From a virus, in IMG/VR virus record IMGVR_UViG_3300009506_000022, positions 1 through 64,000 of that record: a DNA stretch of 64,000 nt; one strand, 5' to 3'. Shown piece after piece: positions 1 through 9,987 of this stretch. Numbering within the stretch: the first letter of the stretch is position 1; each line of letters starts with the position of its first letter. The notes beneath the pieces are model-generated. The model did no database searches. It saw nothing but the letters and a program-made list of their open reading frames with translations, and was not told the DNA's origin. The translations under genes were made by a program, and so were the position numbers.

Positions 1-1263
1 AAAGATGCTGAACGCCATGGGGTAAAGACGTTGCTTCCAGATATAAATCTTTCAGGAAAAGGTTTTGTGATCGAGAGAGAAATGAACGCTATTGTTTGTT
101 CTCTTACAGATATCAAAAAGGTTGGGGAGAAAGCTGTTGAAGCAGTTGTTGAGGAGCGTGAAAAAGGAGGGAAGTTTAGGGGATTCACGAACTTTCTTGA
201 ACGGTGTCGTGGTCGTGCTGTTCATAAGGGAAACATTGAATCTCTCGCGTTGGCTGGAGCGTTTGACAAAATGGTTCCAAATCCTCGTTGGTTGGTAACG
301 GAACTTCCAAGGATGTGGAATGAGATAGATAAGAAACGATGGGATTTTATCGAGCGTGCTATTGATGCGTCAAAGACATCACATCAATGGAGCGAAGATG
401 TTCGAGCTTCATATGCTGAAGAGGTAAATCCATTTGTTGCGCGAGTTCATATTTCTGTTTTGTATGCGAATTTTATATTGGAATATGTAAGACCAAAGTT
501 TACTGAGTTGCGAGAATCAGAGATGTCAGAAAAGAAGATTCTTTGGTCTGCTGCAAGAATACAAGACTATGAAACAAGAACCGTTGGCGATTCTGTTGAA
601 GTCAAAGATTTTCCTTCTCCACAGGTTCAAGCAAAGATCGGTTGGGGAAAAGAATGGTTGCGACTAATCGTTGAAGGGGTTGATGGGAAACCGATTTGGA
701 TAAAGGTCGACTACCAATTGGTTCCAATCTTCAAACCGATCATCGAGAAAGGAAATAGTCCAGGGATTATTTTTTGTGCTGAGGTCAACCCAAGATATGG
801 TTCTTTGATTCTTCATTTCATGGCTGATTTTGATCGATTGGTTGAAAAGATAGAGAAGAAAGAACGACTCGAGTTATACGAGAGACTTTTTGTTGATCAT
901 CCATCTGTCGATTTTCCTTGGAAAACGAAAGAAGATCGTGTTGTTGCGATGTTAGATTTGAGCGATGTTGTGAAACGCGATAGAAGAAAGATAAGAGTTA
1001 TAGGGATTATAGATCGCATTCACGAAAGACCAGACAAGAATGGACATATCATGGCTTTTTTTGGTCTTGTTGGGGTGCGTGGTTACATTCGTGTTTTGTG
1101 TTTTTCGCGCAGTTGGGAGAAATACAACGAAAGAATAAACCAAGGCTATTTGATGGGAATGACGCTATCAAGACTTGATAGAGATGAATTGACCTGGTCG
1201 TTAGAGAGTAAAACAGGAAACCTAAAATTACATGGGAGACCAAAGAGAGATGGCCGGAACTAG
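1..1263 (+). CDS. dnaE: DNA polymerase III alpha subunit, C-terminal part (HhH + OB folds); 5'-truncated by window edge
   Basis: Frame is open from base 1; LLPDINLS, SLTDIKKVGEKAVEAVVEER, F..FLER, ESLALAGAFD and OB-fold DKNGHIMAFF..IRVLCFSRSW motifs typical of DnaE. Confidence 0.9.
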   Translation, partial: KDAERHGVKTLLPDINLSGKGFVIEREMNAIVCSLTDIKKVGEKAVEAVVEEREKGGKFRGFTNFLERCRGRAVHKGNIESLALAGAFDKMVPNPRWLVTELPRMWNEIDKKRWDFIERAIDASKTSHQWSEDVRASYAEEVNPFVARVHISVLYANFILEYVRPKFTELRESEMSEKKILWSAARIQDYETRTVGDSVEVKDFPSPQVQAKIGWGKEWLRLIVEGVDGKPIWIKVDYQLVPIFKPIIEKGNSPGIIFCAEVNPRYGSLILHFMADFDRLVEKIEKKERLELYERLFVDHPSVDFPWKTKEDRVVAMLDLSDVVKRDRRKIRVIGIIDRIHERPDKNGHIMAFFGLVGVRGYIRVLCFSRSWEKYNERINQGYLMGMTLSRLDRDELTWSLESKTGNLKLHGRPKRDGRN

Positions 1264-1549
1264 AACGATATGTAAAAAGATTCGTGTTCGATGTCCTCAT
1301 TGCAGTGAGGGTTTGGATTTATCAGATATGGGAAAAGAGTTGTTTCAGCGGATGTTGGAGGAACTCGAGGAAAACGGAAGAGTTGAAGCTGAAGGGTTTG
1401 GAACTTTTCGAGTTGCGACGATGCCGCCTAGAAAGGTGGCCAATTTTGGCAAAGGAGATGTAACGATTCCAGCGATAAAGGTTATTCGATTTAAAGCGTC
1501 TGATCATGCAAAAGGCAAGATCAACGGAAAGGGAAACGATAATGATTAA
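1250..1549 (+). CDS. HU/IHF-like DNA-binding protein with N-terminal CxxC knuckle
   Basis: GRVEAEGFGTFRV..PPRKVANF....IPA.KVIRFKAS HU signature. Confidence 0.85.
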   Translation: MAGTRTICKKIRVRCPHCSEGLDLSDMGKELFQRMLEELEENGRVEAEGFGTFRVATMPPRKVANFGKGDVTIPAIKVIRFKASDHAKGKINGKGNDND

Positions 1550-2030
1550 AGTACTGAAAATAGGTAAAGAAGAAATAAAAATAAACACTGATGTCATTGC
1601 TGGCATCGGGAGCGATCTAACTGATGATATGGATAAGGTGTCATCTCTGATTGCCACATATGGTGCTTATCTTGCTGCTGCAAAGAGAGAACAGATCTTG
1701 CAGAAAGCGACTTATCGACATTGGAAAGCGCGTTTCAAAAAAAAGCTTTTTGATGCAGAGCCAAAGCTTGCTGATAAAAAAGCTGATGCTGAGGTTGAAG
1801 CTCAGAAAACTTTTATGGATTACAAAGAACAAGAAGGTTTGTGTCTCGAGAATGTTGAGTTTCTTGAAAAGCTTGTTGAGGCGTTGAAAGAAAAGAGTCC
1901 AAACCTTCGCAGTCGTGGCGCATGGGAACGAAAAGAATTTGAGTCTCATGGGATGACGACCAAAGTCGATATCGATGCAAAAAAGGAAAAGCTAAGACAG
2001 AAATCCGCAAAACAACCAGTTACGAGATAA
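1542..2030 (+). CDS. UvsY-like recombination mediator
   Basis: Helical protein of about 160 aa with a DAEVEA...Y...L.KLVEALKEK pattern, next to SSB and RecA. Confidence 0.55.
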   Translation: MIKVLKIGKEEIKINTDVIAGIGSDLTDDMDKVSSLIATYGAYLAAAKREQILQKATYRHWKARFKKKLFDAEPKLADKKADAEVEAQKTFMDYKEQEGLCLENVEFLEKLVEALKEKSPNLRSRGAWERKEFESHGMTTKVDIDAKKEKLRQKSAKQPVTR

Positions 2031-2059
2031 GTCTACTATAAGATATAAAGGAGAAACAA

Positions 2060-3487
2060 ATGGCATTAAATACACAGCGCTGGGCGCAAAAAAAGAAGGA
2101 AGTCGATCAAAAACTAAAAGAGAGACAAGAAGGAAACCTTTGGGGAAAAATAGAAGAGGGTGAGTATCTCTGTTATGTGCATCCATTGGTTTATCCAGAT
2201 GATGAACACAACCATACAGGTGGATACAATTTCATTGAAGCTATGATGCACTACAATCTTGGTGGTCAAAACAATGCGCAATTGTGTTTGAACTACAAAG
2301 AGAACCCCATTCTTTCTCATCCGATCATACAAAAATTTGTTGCGAATAGAGAAAAGAACGCTTTCAAGATTACTCCAAAACTTCGTTGTGAGGCTTGTGA
2401 GAAAATCGAAAGTGGAGAAATAACCAACCCCAAGAACAAGCAACAAATCAAATGGTTCTTTGGGTTAACTCCCATGTGGTATAGAAAAGATAAAGCAGAC
2501 AATTGGTCTCGAATAAAGTTCAAACCGAGATTTTTGATTTCTGGTCCTCAGATCTTCAATGATTACATGGATTGTTTGATTGATTTGTCGTCATCTAACA
2601 TAGAACCGATGGATCCAGATTGCGCAGTGTTATTGAAGCTAAACAGGACTGGCACTGACTTCAATACAACTGAATATTCTGTTTCTGTTGATATCGATAG
2701 TGCTCGTGAGCCTATAAAACTCGATAAAGGCCAAAAGGCTGCGATCGCGAAAGTGGTAAGACCAAAAGGAGAACTTGATTTGTTTCATCTAGTTTCTTCT
2801 TTTACGAAGTCGCCAAAACAAATTTCTGCGCTTATTGCCGGTGTTAGCGAACGGAATGTTGCGGATGAAGAAGCAGAGAGTCCAAAAGAATGCTTTGGGA
2901 AAAACTGGGAAGATGATGATGAATGCAACGCTTGCGATAGTAGCGAGGAGTGCATGAGGGTTTGTGGGGTGAAGCCAAAGAGGGTTGAAGCCAAGTCGCA
3001 AAATAATGGGAAAGCGGGTTCGAGCAAAAAGAAAACTCAAAAAGAGACAGAAGAACCGCCACAAGAGACAGAACAGGAAGAAGCGCCATTCGAGTCAGAG
3101 ATGGAGTGTTTTGCCAACTACGATTCGGAAGCAGAAGAGTGTAAGGTTTGCCATGAAGCAGAACAGTGTTTTGAGGCGACTCCAGATGGTGTGGTTCCTG
3201 ACAATGATGGCGATGAACAAGATGGCGATGAACAAAGCGAAGATTTTGAAGCTGATGACGAAACGCAACAGCCACACTGTTATGGGCAATACGAAGGTGA
3301 TGACGAAGATTGTGCTCGATGTGATGTCAAAAAACAGTGCGAGAAAGATTCAGAAGTTGACGATTCGAACTCTCAAGTTGAGCAAGAATCAGAATCGGAA
3401 GATGATGATCCAGATGTTGCGAGTCTCAAAGAAGAAGCTGAACGGTTAGCGAAGAAGTCTCGCGGCAAAGGTAGGTCGAAGCAATAA
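2060..3487 (+). CDS. Single-stranded DNA-binding protein (gp32-like) with acidic tail carrying three Cys4 repeats
   Basis: H-Y..C..CxxC core, DPD..V.LKL.RTGT..TEYSV motif, very acidic C-terminus, position upstream of recA; SD AAGGAG. Confidence 0.7.
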   Translation: MALNTQRWAQKKKEVDQKLKERQEGNLWGKIEEGEYLCYVHPLVYPDDEHNHTGGYNFIEAMMHYNLGGQNNAQLCLNYKENPILSHPIIQKFVANREKNAFKITPKLRCEACEKIESGEITNPKNKQQIKWFFGLTPMWYRKDKADNWSRIKFKPRFLISGPQIFNDYMDCLIDLSSSNIEPMDPDCAVLLKLNRTGTDFNTTEYSVSVDIDSAREPIKLDKGQKAAIAKVVRPKGELDLFHLVSSFTKSPKQISALIAGVSERNVADEEAESPKECFGKNWEDDDECNACDSSEECMRVCGVKPKRVEAKSQNNGKAGSSKKKTQKETEEPPQETEQEEAPFESEMECFANYDSEAEECKVCHEAEQCFEATPDGVVPDNDGDEQDGDEQSEDFEADDETQQPHCYGQYEGDDEDCARCDVKKQCEKDSEVDDSNSQVEQESESEDDDPDVASLKEEAERLAKKSRGKGRSKQ

Positions 3488-4620
3488 TGGCTAGAAAGAA
3501 AAACACCTCCTCGTCTTCTAAAAAAGGAAAGTCTGAGAAGAAGACGAGAGAGGTGGAAATAAAAAATTCGTTTGAAGAAACTCTCATTCAGGAATTGAAT
3601 CGGAATGAGAGTGACACCCCAGCTCAACTCTTAAGTTCCGATGGGCTTGCAATAAAAATAAAAGGTGTGATAAGCACACAAGCACCATCGCTTGATCGTG
3701 CTTTAGGGAGATGGGGGATCCCTTTAGGTAGAACAATTATGCTTCATGGTCAGGAGGGTTCTGGAAAGTCAACTCTTGCGCTTCATTGTGTTGCTGAAAC
3801 ACAAAGGGTTGGCGGTATGGCTGTTTATATCGATACTGAATATAAACTAGATCCTGAATATGCAAAAGCAATAGGAGTTGATGTTGATAAGCTTACGTTG
3901 ATTCAACCTCAATGGTTAGAAAAAGCTTTTGAAATGATGGAGACAACAATTCGGGTTGTTTCTTCTTATCGAAAAGAAGGAATTATCATTCCAACGTTGA
4001 TTGTGTTGGATAGTATAAATTCAACAAAAACAAAAGCGGTTATTCAAGGAGAATGGGATGATCCTCATGTATCGCCAGAAGCAAAAGTGTGGAGCGAAAA
4101 ATTTCCTAAGCTAGTTCCTTTGATTAGTAACGAGAACGTTTGTTTGCTTCTTATCTCTCAAATCAGAGAAAAGATTGGCGTAATGTTTGGCTCAAAAGAT
4201 AGGACTGCTGGTGGTAACACTCCTAGATATTATGCATCTATTCTCATGGGTATAGAGAGAAAAGGTCAACTTGAGTCTGGGTTAGGAAGCGAAACAAGTG
4301 TCTTTGTTGCAAAGAACTGTGTTGCACCACCATTTAGAGTTGCAAAGTTCAGGATCATGTATGGAATAGGAATAGACTATGAACACTCGTTGGTTGAAGC
4401 GTGTATTGATTCAGGTGTCATAGAAAGTTCAGGTTCGTGGTTGAGTGTTCCTTTGATTCTTGAGCCATCTGGCGAGCCAATAAAAGCTCAAGGAAGAGAG
4501 GGGATGGCAAATCGATTGAGGGTAGATTCTAGTCTGTGTAGAGAACTTTATAAGATATTGAAGACGCCAATCGAGAAGAGAAAGAAGATTCAGAAAAAGA
4601 ACCCAGTGAAGAGGAAATAA
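3487..4620 (+). CDS. recA: RecA/UvsX recombinase
   Basis: SLDRALG..GIPLGR, Walker A GQEGSGKS, YIDTEYKLDPEYAKAIGVD, IVLDS, SQIREKIGVMFG, KNCVAPPFR. Confidence 0.97.
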   Translation: MARKKNTSSSSKKGKSEKKTREVEIKNSFEETLIQELNRNESDTPAQLLSSDGLAIKIKGVISTQAPSLDRALGRWGIPLGRTIMLHGQEGSGKSTLALHCVAETQRVGGMAVYIDTEYKLDPEYAKAIGVDVDKLTLIQPQWLEKAFEMMETTIRVVSSYRKEGIIIPTLIVLDSINSTKTKAVIQGEWDDPHVSPEAKVWSEKFPKLVPLISNENVCLLLISQIREKIGVMFGSKDRTAGGNTPRYYASILMGIERKGQLESGLGSETSVFVAKNCVAPPFRVAKFRIMYGIGIDYEHSLVEACIDSGVIESSGSWLSVPLILEPSGEPIKAQGREGMANRLRVDSSLCRELYKILKTPIEKRKKIQKKNPVKRK

Positions 4621-5759
4621 TGTACAAGGCTCTTTTTACAGCAGATTGGCATCTTAGTAACAAGTTGCCGTATTCAAAAGCGATGGTTGGTATGGATGGC
4701 ATTACCGATCGGCTGTTGGAACAAATGGCGATTATTCGACAAATCATCAAGGCAGCAAAAGAACTTGAGGTTGATGGGTTCTATATTCTTGGTGATATAT
4801 TTGACAAGCGTTCGTTGGACGCGATTGTTGTGAAGGCTGGAGCTCAATTGATATCTGAGTTGATTGAGGTTGTGCCGAACGTTTTTATCATGGTTGGAAA
4901 TCATGATGTTTATTCGTTGACAAGCAGTCGTTCGGTGAACGAATTTTTCGATTTCATTGGAAATGGTAGCGCTAAATATCTCGAGCCACAAACTGTTATT
5001 GATAATGTTGGGGTTAGATTTCATGTGTTGCCATGGTGTTCTTTGGATGTTGCTGGCGATAGATTGAAATCGATGGTTGTCGCAAAAAAATCGATGGTTT
5101 CCGCCGATAAGATAGTAAATAACAAAGAACTTGATATTTTGTTGCTTCATCATTCTGTAAAAGGCGCCGTTGATCGCAACTGGGTTTCTGAGGATGGATT
5201 GAATCCAGATGAGCTTGATCGCGATTGGGATTTGGTTCTGTCTGGGCATTTTCATGACAAACAGCCTTTTGGTGATAAAGGCCATTACGTAAGCGCTCCA
5301 ATGCAACACGATTTTGGCGATGAAGGAAATGGGTTGCGAGGGTATTATGTTGGTTATTTCAACGCAGATGAATATAAACTTGAGTTCAAGACAACCGAAC
5401 ATCATTGTTTTCATTCTATGTTGTATTCTACTTATCTATTGAACCCAAACGAAAATTTGGTTGAATGGAAAAGCGGCGATTATGTTCGATTCGATGTCTT
5501 GTGTACACATGCCGAATGGAAGTTGTTGAAGACGGAGGTTGAGGCGACAGAAGGCGAGCTTGTAAAGAAAGGATTCAGAGTCGTTCCAGCTCGATTTGTT
5601 CCGCAAACTCAACATGGTGACAGAATTGAACTTTCAGAGGACGCTTCATCTATAGAGATTGTTTCGCGATATCTCGATGTAACATCTTATGATGGACTTG
5701 ATAGAAGCAAGTTGATTGAAATAGCAAGACATGCTTTGAAGGAAGTCGAAAATGATTGA
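4620..5759 (+). CDS. sbcD: SbcD/Mre11-like (gp47) nuclease
   Basis: Metallophosphoesterase motifs ADWH, GDIFD, GNHD, HH, SGHFH; adjacent to SMC ATPase. Confidence 0.92.
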   Translation: MYKALFTADWHLSNKLPYSKAMVGMDGITDRLLEQMAIIRQIIKAAKELEVDGFYILGDIFDKRSLDAIVVKAGAQLISELIEVVPNVFIMVGNHDVYSLTSSRSVNEFFDFIGNGSAKYLEPQTVIDNVGVRFHVLPWCSLDVAGDRLKSMVVAKKSMVSADKIVNNKELDILLLHHSVKGAVDRNWVSEDGLNPDELDRDWDLVLSGHFHDKQPFGDKGHYVSAPMQHDFGDEGNGLRGYYVGYFNADEYKLEFKTTEHHCFHSMLYSTYLLNPNENLVEWKSGDYVRFDVLCTHAEWKLLKTEVEATEGELVKKGFRVVPARFVPQTQHGDRIELSEDASSIEIVSRYLDVTSYDGLDRSKLIEIARHALKEVEND

Positions 5760-7674
5760 ACATGGTCTATTGGTAATAGAAAACTTTTGCTGTATTCAAC
5801 AGGCGAAAATCAATCTGGCAAAAGCTGGATTGACTCTTATCGTTGGAGACAACCAGGACACTAACGCAGCGATAAATAATGGTGCTGGGAAAACCACGAT
5901 TCCAAAAGCGCTTACTTGGTGTTTATATGAGGATACACTTGATGGCGATCGATATGATGAGGTTATTCGATGGGGAGAAGACAAGACGGTTGTGCGACAT
6001 CTTGTTAGAGTCAACAAGGATGTTTGGCAAATTGTGAGAAGTAGGACAAAAGGAAAGCCGAGATTAGGACTATCAGTTGCAAGAAATTTCAAAAAAGGGG
6101 TCAGCTTCATTCCGATAGAGGGTGAGCGCAAAGAACTTCAACATAGGATTGATAAGCTTCTTGGTAAAGACTTTCGGAGTTTTTGTAACACTACGCTTTA
6201 CGGCGAAGGTGATATTTCTCGTTTTTATTCTGCAACAGATTCTTCGAAAAAAGATAGTGTTCATCGGTTGCTAAAAAGTGATGTCTTCAAGAAAGCGATG
6301 AAATATATCAAACAGAATCATTACGATGGATTGAAGAAGAAGTTGGAAGTGTTGGAACATGAACTTGATGTGTTGAAAGGGAAGCTTGAAGGATACGATA
6401 TCAAACAAATAAAAATATCACACGAAGAATGGGAAGAAGAACGCGAAGATCGCGTTGTTCAATGCTCAGAAGAATGTCGGAAATATTTATCTGATATAGA
6501 AAGAACTAAGAAACAGGAAAGCGCTTCAAGGAAGGAATATGAAAAAGAGCTAAAAGAAATCAAAAAAAACATGCGAATTTTATCTATTCAAAAGAAGAGT
6601 TATTCAAAATCCACAGAAGAACTTCAAACACTTGAACGTGATATTGGGGAGGTTGTGGAAAGAAGGATAAAGGCTGGTGAAAATATCAAATCGAAAGAAG
6701 ACTCTTGGTTTCTTCTGCAAGGCGATGAGTGTCCAACCTGTACTTCTGATTTATCTGAAGGGAAAGCAAACGAATATAAAGAAGAAGTAACTAAGAGTCT
6801 AGAAAAACTAAAAGGAGAACTTGCGGATTTAACAAATAAAGATGCTGAACTGAGGATTGCGATATCAAAGAAGTATGAAGAGGTTGAGATGTTCAGAAAT
6901 GCAAACGATGAAATAAAAGGACTCAACACGAGAAAAGATGTTTTACATACTCTATTAGAATCTTCTGATGATAAGATTGCTGTTTATACAAAAGAAAGAA
7001 AGGTGTTGGCCGAACAGGCATTGAAAAAAGCAAAGAAGATAGAGCAAGAGAAAAACCCTCACAGCGATCTATTACAAAAAACAGAAGAAAATATCAAAAA
7101 GATAAACAAAAAGATTACCGAAAAGAGAAGTGAACTAAAAACGGTTCGAGACGATTTTGCTCATTACGGGTTTTGGGTGAAAGGTTTCGGTCCTGGTGGC
7201 CTTCCTTCGTTGCTTCTTGATAGTAAGATGGATTTCTTATCAGAGCGTGCAAATGATTATTTGCTAACGCTTGCTGATGGTGACATTTCTGTTTCATACA
7301 AAACACAAAGAGAGCTGAAACAGAAAGGTCAGATGAGGGATGAGATTGATGCTCAAGTTATCATCGAAGGAATTCCAAACGTGAAACCAAGTAAAGCTCA
7401 AAAAAGGAAACTCGATATTGCGAGCGATCTTGGTTTGATGGATATGGCTGTTTCTAGAAACGGCCATTCGAATCTTTTGATGATGGACGAAGTTCTTGAT
7501 GGAATGGATTCAGAGGGTGTTAGGCGTGTTCTTGATTTGATTCATAGACTTCGTGCAATTTATCACAGCATATTTGTGACAACACATGAGGCTGGTTTAC
7601 TTGAAATATTTGATCGAGCTATTTGTGCTCGAAAGAAAAATGGTGCAACAAACGTTTTTACCATGAAGGGGTAA
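5752..7674 (+). CDS. sbcC: SbcC/Rad50-like (gp46) SMC ATPase
   Basis: Walker A NGAGKT, coiled coils, zinc hook CPTC, Walker B MMDEVLDGMD, H-loop VTTH. Confidence 0.92.
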   Translation: MIEHGLLVIENFCCIQQAKINLAKAGLTLIVGDNQDTNAAINNGAGKTTIPKALTWCLYEDTLDGDRYDEVIRWGEDKTVVRHLVRVNKDVWQIVRSRTKGKPRLGLSVARNFKKGVSFIPIEGERKELQHRIDKLLGKDFRSFCNTTLYGEGDISRFYSATDSSKKDSVHRLLKSDVFKKAMKYIKQNHYDGLKKKLEVLEHELDVLKGKLEGYDIKQIKISHEEWEEEREDRVVQCSEECRKYLSDIERTKKQESASRKEYEKELKEIKKNMRILSIQKKSYSKSTEELQTLERDIGEVVERRIKAGENIKSKEDSWFLLQGDECPTCTSDLSEGKANEYKEEVTKSLEKLKGELADLTNKDAELRIAISKKYEEVEMFRNANDEIKGLNTRKDVLHTLLESSDDKIAVYTKERKVLAEQALKKAKKIEQEKNPHSDLLQKTEENIKKINKKITEKRSELKTVRDDFAHYGFWVKGFGPGGLPSLLLDSKMDFLSERANDYLLTLADGDISVSYKTQRELKQKGQMRDEIDAQVIIEGIPNVKPSKAQKRKLDIASDLGLMDMAVSRNGHSNLLMMDEVLDGMDSEGVRRVLDLIHRLRAIYHSIFVTTHEAGLLEIFDRAICARKKNGATNVFTMKG

Positions 7675-7676
7675 CT

Positions 7677-8444
7677 ATGGAAGAAGAACAGAAAAAGATT
7701 GATTATAAGTTCATTTCAAAACAATTGGTGTGTGTCGGGTGGGAATTGCTTTCTGGGAATATCGGGTTCCCCGGTGCGATGTGGCAACACCATTGTATAA
7801 ATCGCAAGCTAAGCACATATGAAGCAGCGCTTTGTCATAACTTATTAGTTAAGATTTGTGATATAAACGAGAAGCATCGCAATTTTGAAGTGTTTAGGAA
7901 CATGCTTCGGTTGTTTGCTGATGGGTGGTCTATAGATATATCTAATCTAGAGGAAGATGAAGTTTTTATTTCTGTTCTAGATTTGTGTTTGTGGTGGAAA
8001 CAGATCAATCAAGGTGGCGAGAGATTTACATTTCAAGAAGCTGAAACATATGTCGAAAAAGAAAAAGCTCTTGATTGTTTGTTTTTGCAATATTTGATTC
8101 GTCTTCAATCTGGCGAGATTGAACGTATGGTGATTCGTCCTATTGATATTGTTCTTCCAGATCAAGAACACGAAAAAAATGAATGTGTTGTGGGTTCGGG
8201 TGTTGAATCAGAGAGTGTAGAACGAATCGAACAACCAATCAGAACATCTATTGGTGATAGCGGTTTTGTTTTCAAGGGCGACAAAGAGCTGTTAGTAAAT
8301 GCTCTTTTGTTTTTGGTTGATAAAGATATCAAAACTAAAATGAAAGCGCTGAACAATAAAGTAAAAGCTTTGATAGAATGTTCAAGAGAAGTTGAAGAAG
8401 CGCTGAAGGATTTAGGGATTTCATTAGATGAAAAAGGTGATTGA
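7677..8444 (+). CDS. hypothetical protein
   Basis: ORF tightly packed between sbcC and the resolvase. Confidence 0.6.
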   Translation: MEEEQKKIDYKFISKQLVCVGWELLSGNIGFPGAMWQHHCINRKLSTYEAALCHNLLVKICDINEKHRNFEVFRNMLRLFADGWSIDISNLEEDEVFISVLDLCLWWKQINQGGERFTFQEAETYVEKEKALDCLFLQYLIRLQSGEIERMVIRPIDIVLPDQEHEKNECVVGSGVESESVERIEQPIRTSIGDSGFVFKGDKELLVNALLFLVDKDIKTKMKALNNKVKALIECSREVEEALKDLGISLDEKGD

Positions 8445-9117
8445 TATATTAGGTGTCGACTTGTCGATGAATCATGGGGCTTTTGTTCTGTTGAGGAATG
8501 GGTCGCTTTTTGATTATCGATTTGTGACAGATAAATCTGTTCTCGCCAAAAAAGACAAGGCGCGTGGAGAATATCTCGCGGCTTCAAAAATCAAAGATAT
8601 GGTTGAGAGAGACTTTCTTCGTCTCGCATTTTGGTATGCGTATTCAAATCAAATATTCAAAGAACTTCCAGCTGAGTATATGGGGATTGAAGGATATGCA
8701 TATAGAATGTCACAAAATGCTCATCAGATAGGTGGTGTCGCTTCTATTTTCCGAGTGAAGTCTTGGATTCGAGGATTGAAGATAAGAGTTCATGGTCCAG
8801 AGACAGTGAAGATGTTTGGTGCCGATGATGGTAGCGCTGCGAAATCTGAAGTTCGTTTTGCTATGCACGATAAGTTTCCAGAGACGAAACAGTTTGATAA
8901 ATATGCGCATGGCAAAGGAACAATGCAGTTTCAAATTGCAGAAGATTTATGTGACGCCTATGTGGTTGCGCAGCTTGTCTGGCTCGAGGTTCGATTACGT
9001 TTGGGTTTGGTTGATTTGAAGAGTTTGCCGCCGAAAACGATTCAGATTTTTAATCGAATAACAAAAAGGTGGCCAGTCAACATTCTTGGTCGCGATTGGA
9101 TTCAAAGGGAACAATGA
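8428..9117 (+). CDS. RuvC-like Holliday junction resolvase
   Basis: ILGVDLS..GAFV, IEGYAY, P.TVKMF..G.AAKSEV, DLCDAY RNase H-fold motifs. Confidence 0.85.
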   Translation: MKKVIDILGVDLSMNHGAFVLLRNGSLFDYRFVTDKSVLAKKDKARGEYLAASKIKDMVERDFLRLAFWYAYSNQIFKELPAEYMGIEGYAYRMSQNAHQIGGVASIFRVKSWIRGLKIRVHGPETVKMFGADDGSAAKSEVRFAMHDKFPETKQFDKYAHGKGTMQFQIAEDLCDAYVVAQLVWLEVRLRLGLVDLKSLPPKTIQIFNRITKRWPVNILGRDWIQREQ

Positions 9118-9737
9118 TGGATACTCGGAAGCTCGATCGGATTGAGAGGTTGTGGAAGGATTGCAAGAAATGCGACCTTCATAAAACTAGGAAGCAAGTT
9201 GTCTTTTGGCGAGGACACCCACAAGCGAGACTTGTGATTGTTGGAGAAGCACCTGGAGAGATGGAGGATCGCCGCGGCCAACCGTTTATTGGTCAAGCTG
9301 GTCAGCTTTTTGATGAGCTATGTGAGAAAGCGGTTGTTGGTGATTCTCCACCAGAACCATGGAGCGTATTTCTTGCAAATACAGTCGGGTGTAGGCCGCC
9401 CAAAAACAGGAAGCCAATGATAAACGAGTTCATAAAATGTGAAGGGAGATTGTATTCGATGATTGCTGCTGTTGATCCGCAAGTTCTTCTTTTATTGGGT
9501 GGAACGGCACTTTCAATGCTTACTGGAGAAACGAAGATTATGAGATCTGCTGGTAAGTTATTTGAAGTCAAATTTGAATGGAAACGTAGGATGAGAGTTT
9601 ACAAAGCGATTCCCACGTTACATCCAGCTTTTCTTTTACGAAATAGAAAAAACACTGAATTAATAAATGCTGTTGTTTCACATATCCAAGCTGCTTGGGA
9701 GATAGCTCAACCAGGCGGTTGGTTAGAAAGGGATTGA
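9114..9737 (+). CDS. udg: Uracil-DNA glycosylase, family 4 (Fe-S)
   Basis: CKKCDLH..R..VVF, VGEAPG..ED..G.PFIG.AG, N.V.CRPP.NR.P, TLHPAFLLRN. Confidence 0.93.
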   Translation: MMDTRKLDRIERLWKDCKKCDLHKTRKQVVFWRGHPQARLVIVGEAPGEMEDRRGQPFIGQAGQLFDELCEKAVVGDSPPEPWSVFLANTVGCRPPKNRKPMINEFIKCEGRLYSMIAAVDPQVLLLLGGTALSMLTGETKIMRSAGKLFEVKFEWKRRMRVYKAIPTLHPAFLLRNRKNTELINAVVSHIQAAWEIAQPGGWLERD

Positions 9738-9987
9738 ATATGGGAAAAGATTTGTTTGATATGCTATGGAATATAAAAGGAAAATTATGTGAGTTTGAAA
9801 CTCATGAGAGCGCTTATAGAACAGAGGTTGTCCATCATGTCACTGAGCGCGAAATCAAATATGCTGATGTTGTCGTGAAATATCCAATGAAGATTTGTTT
9901 CGATGCGGCTGAAACAGATTTTCTTCATATCAGCAGTTTGAAATCTGTAAGAGTGGTAGGAAGCGACGTATAGGAGTTTGAAGTAAA

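Noticed and set aside
4674-5414. Long minus-strand ORFs (also 26087-26806, 52308-52940, 14234-14776)
   Set aside because: Antisense shadows of well-supported plus-strand genes, with no motifs or SD
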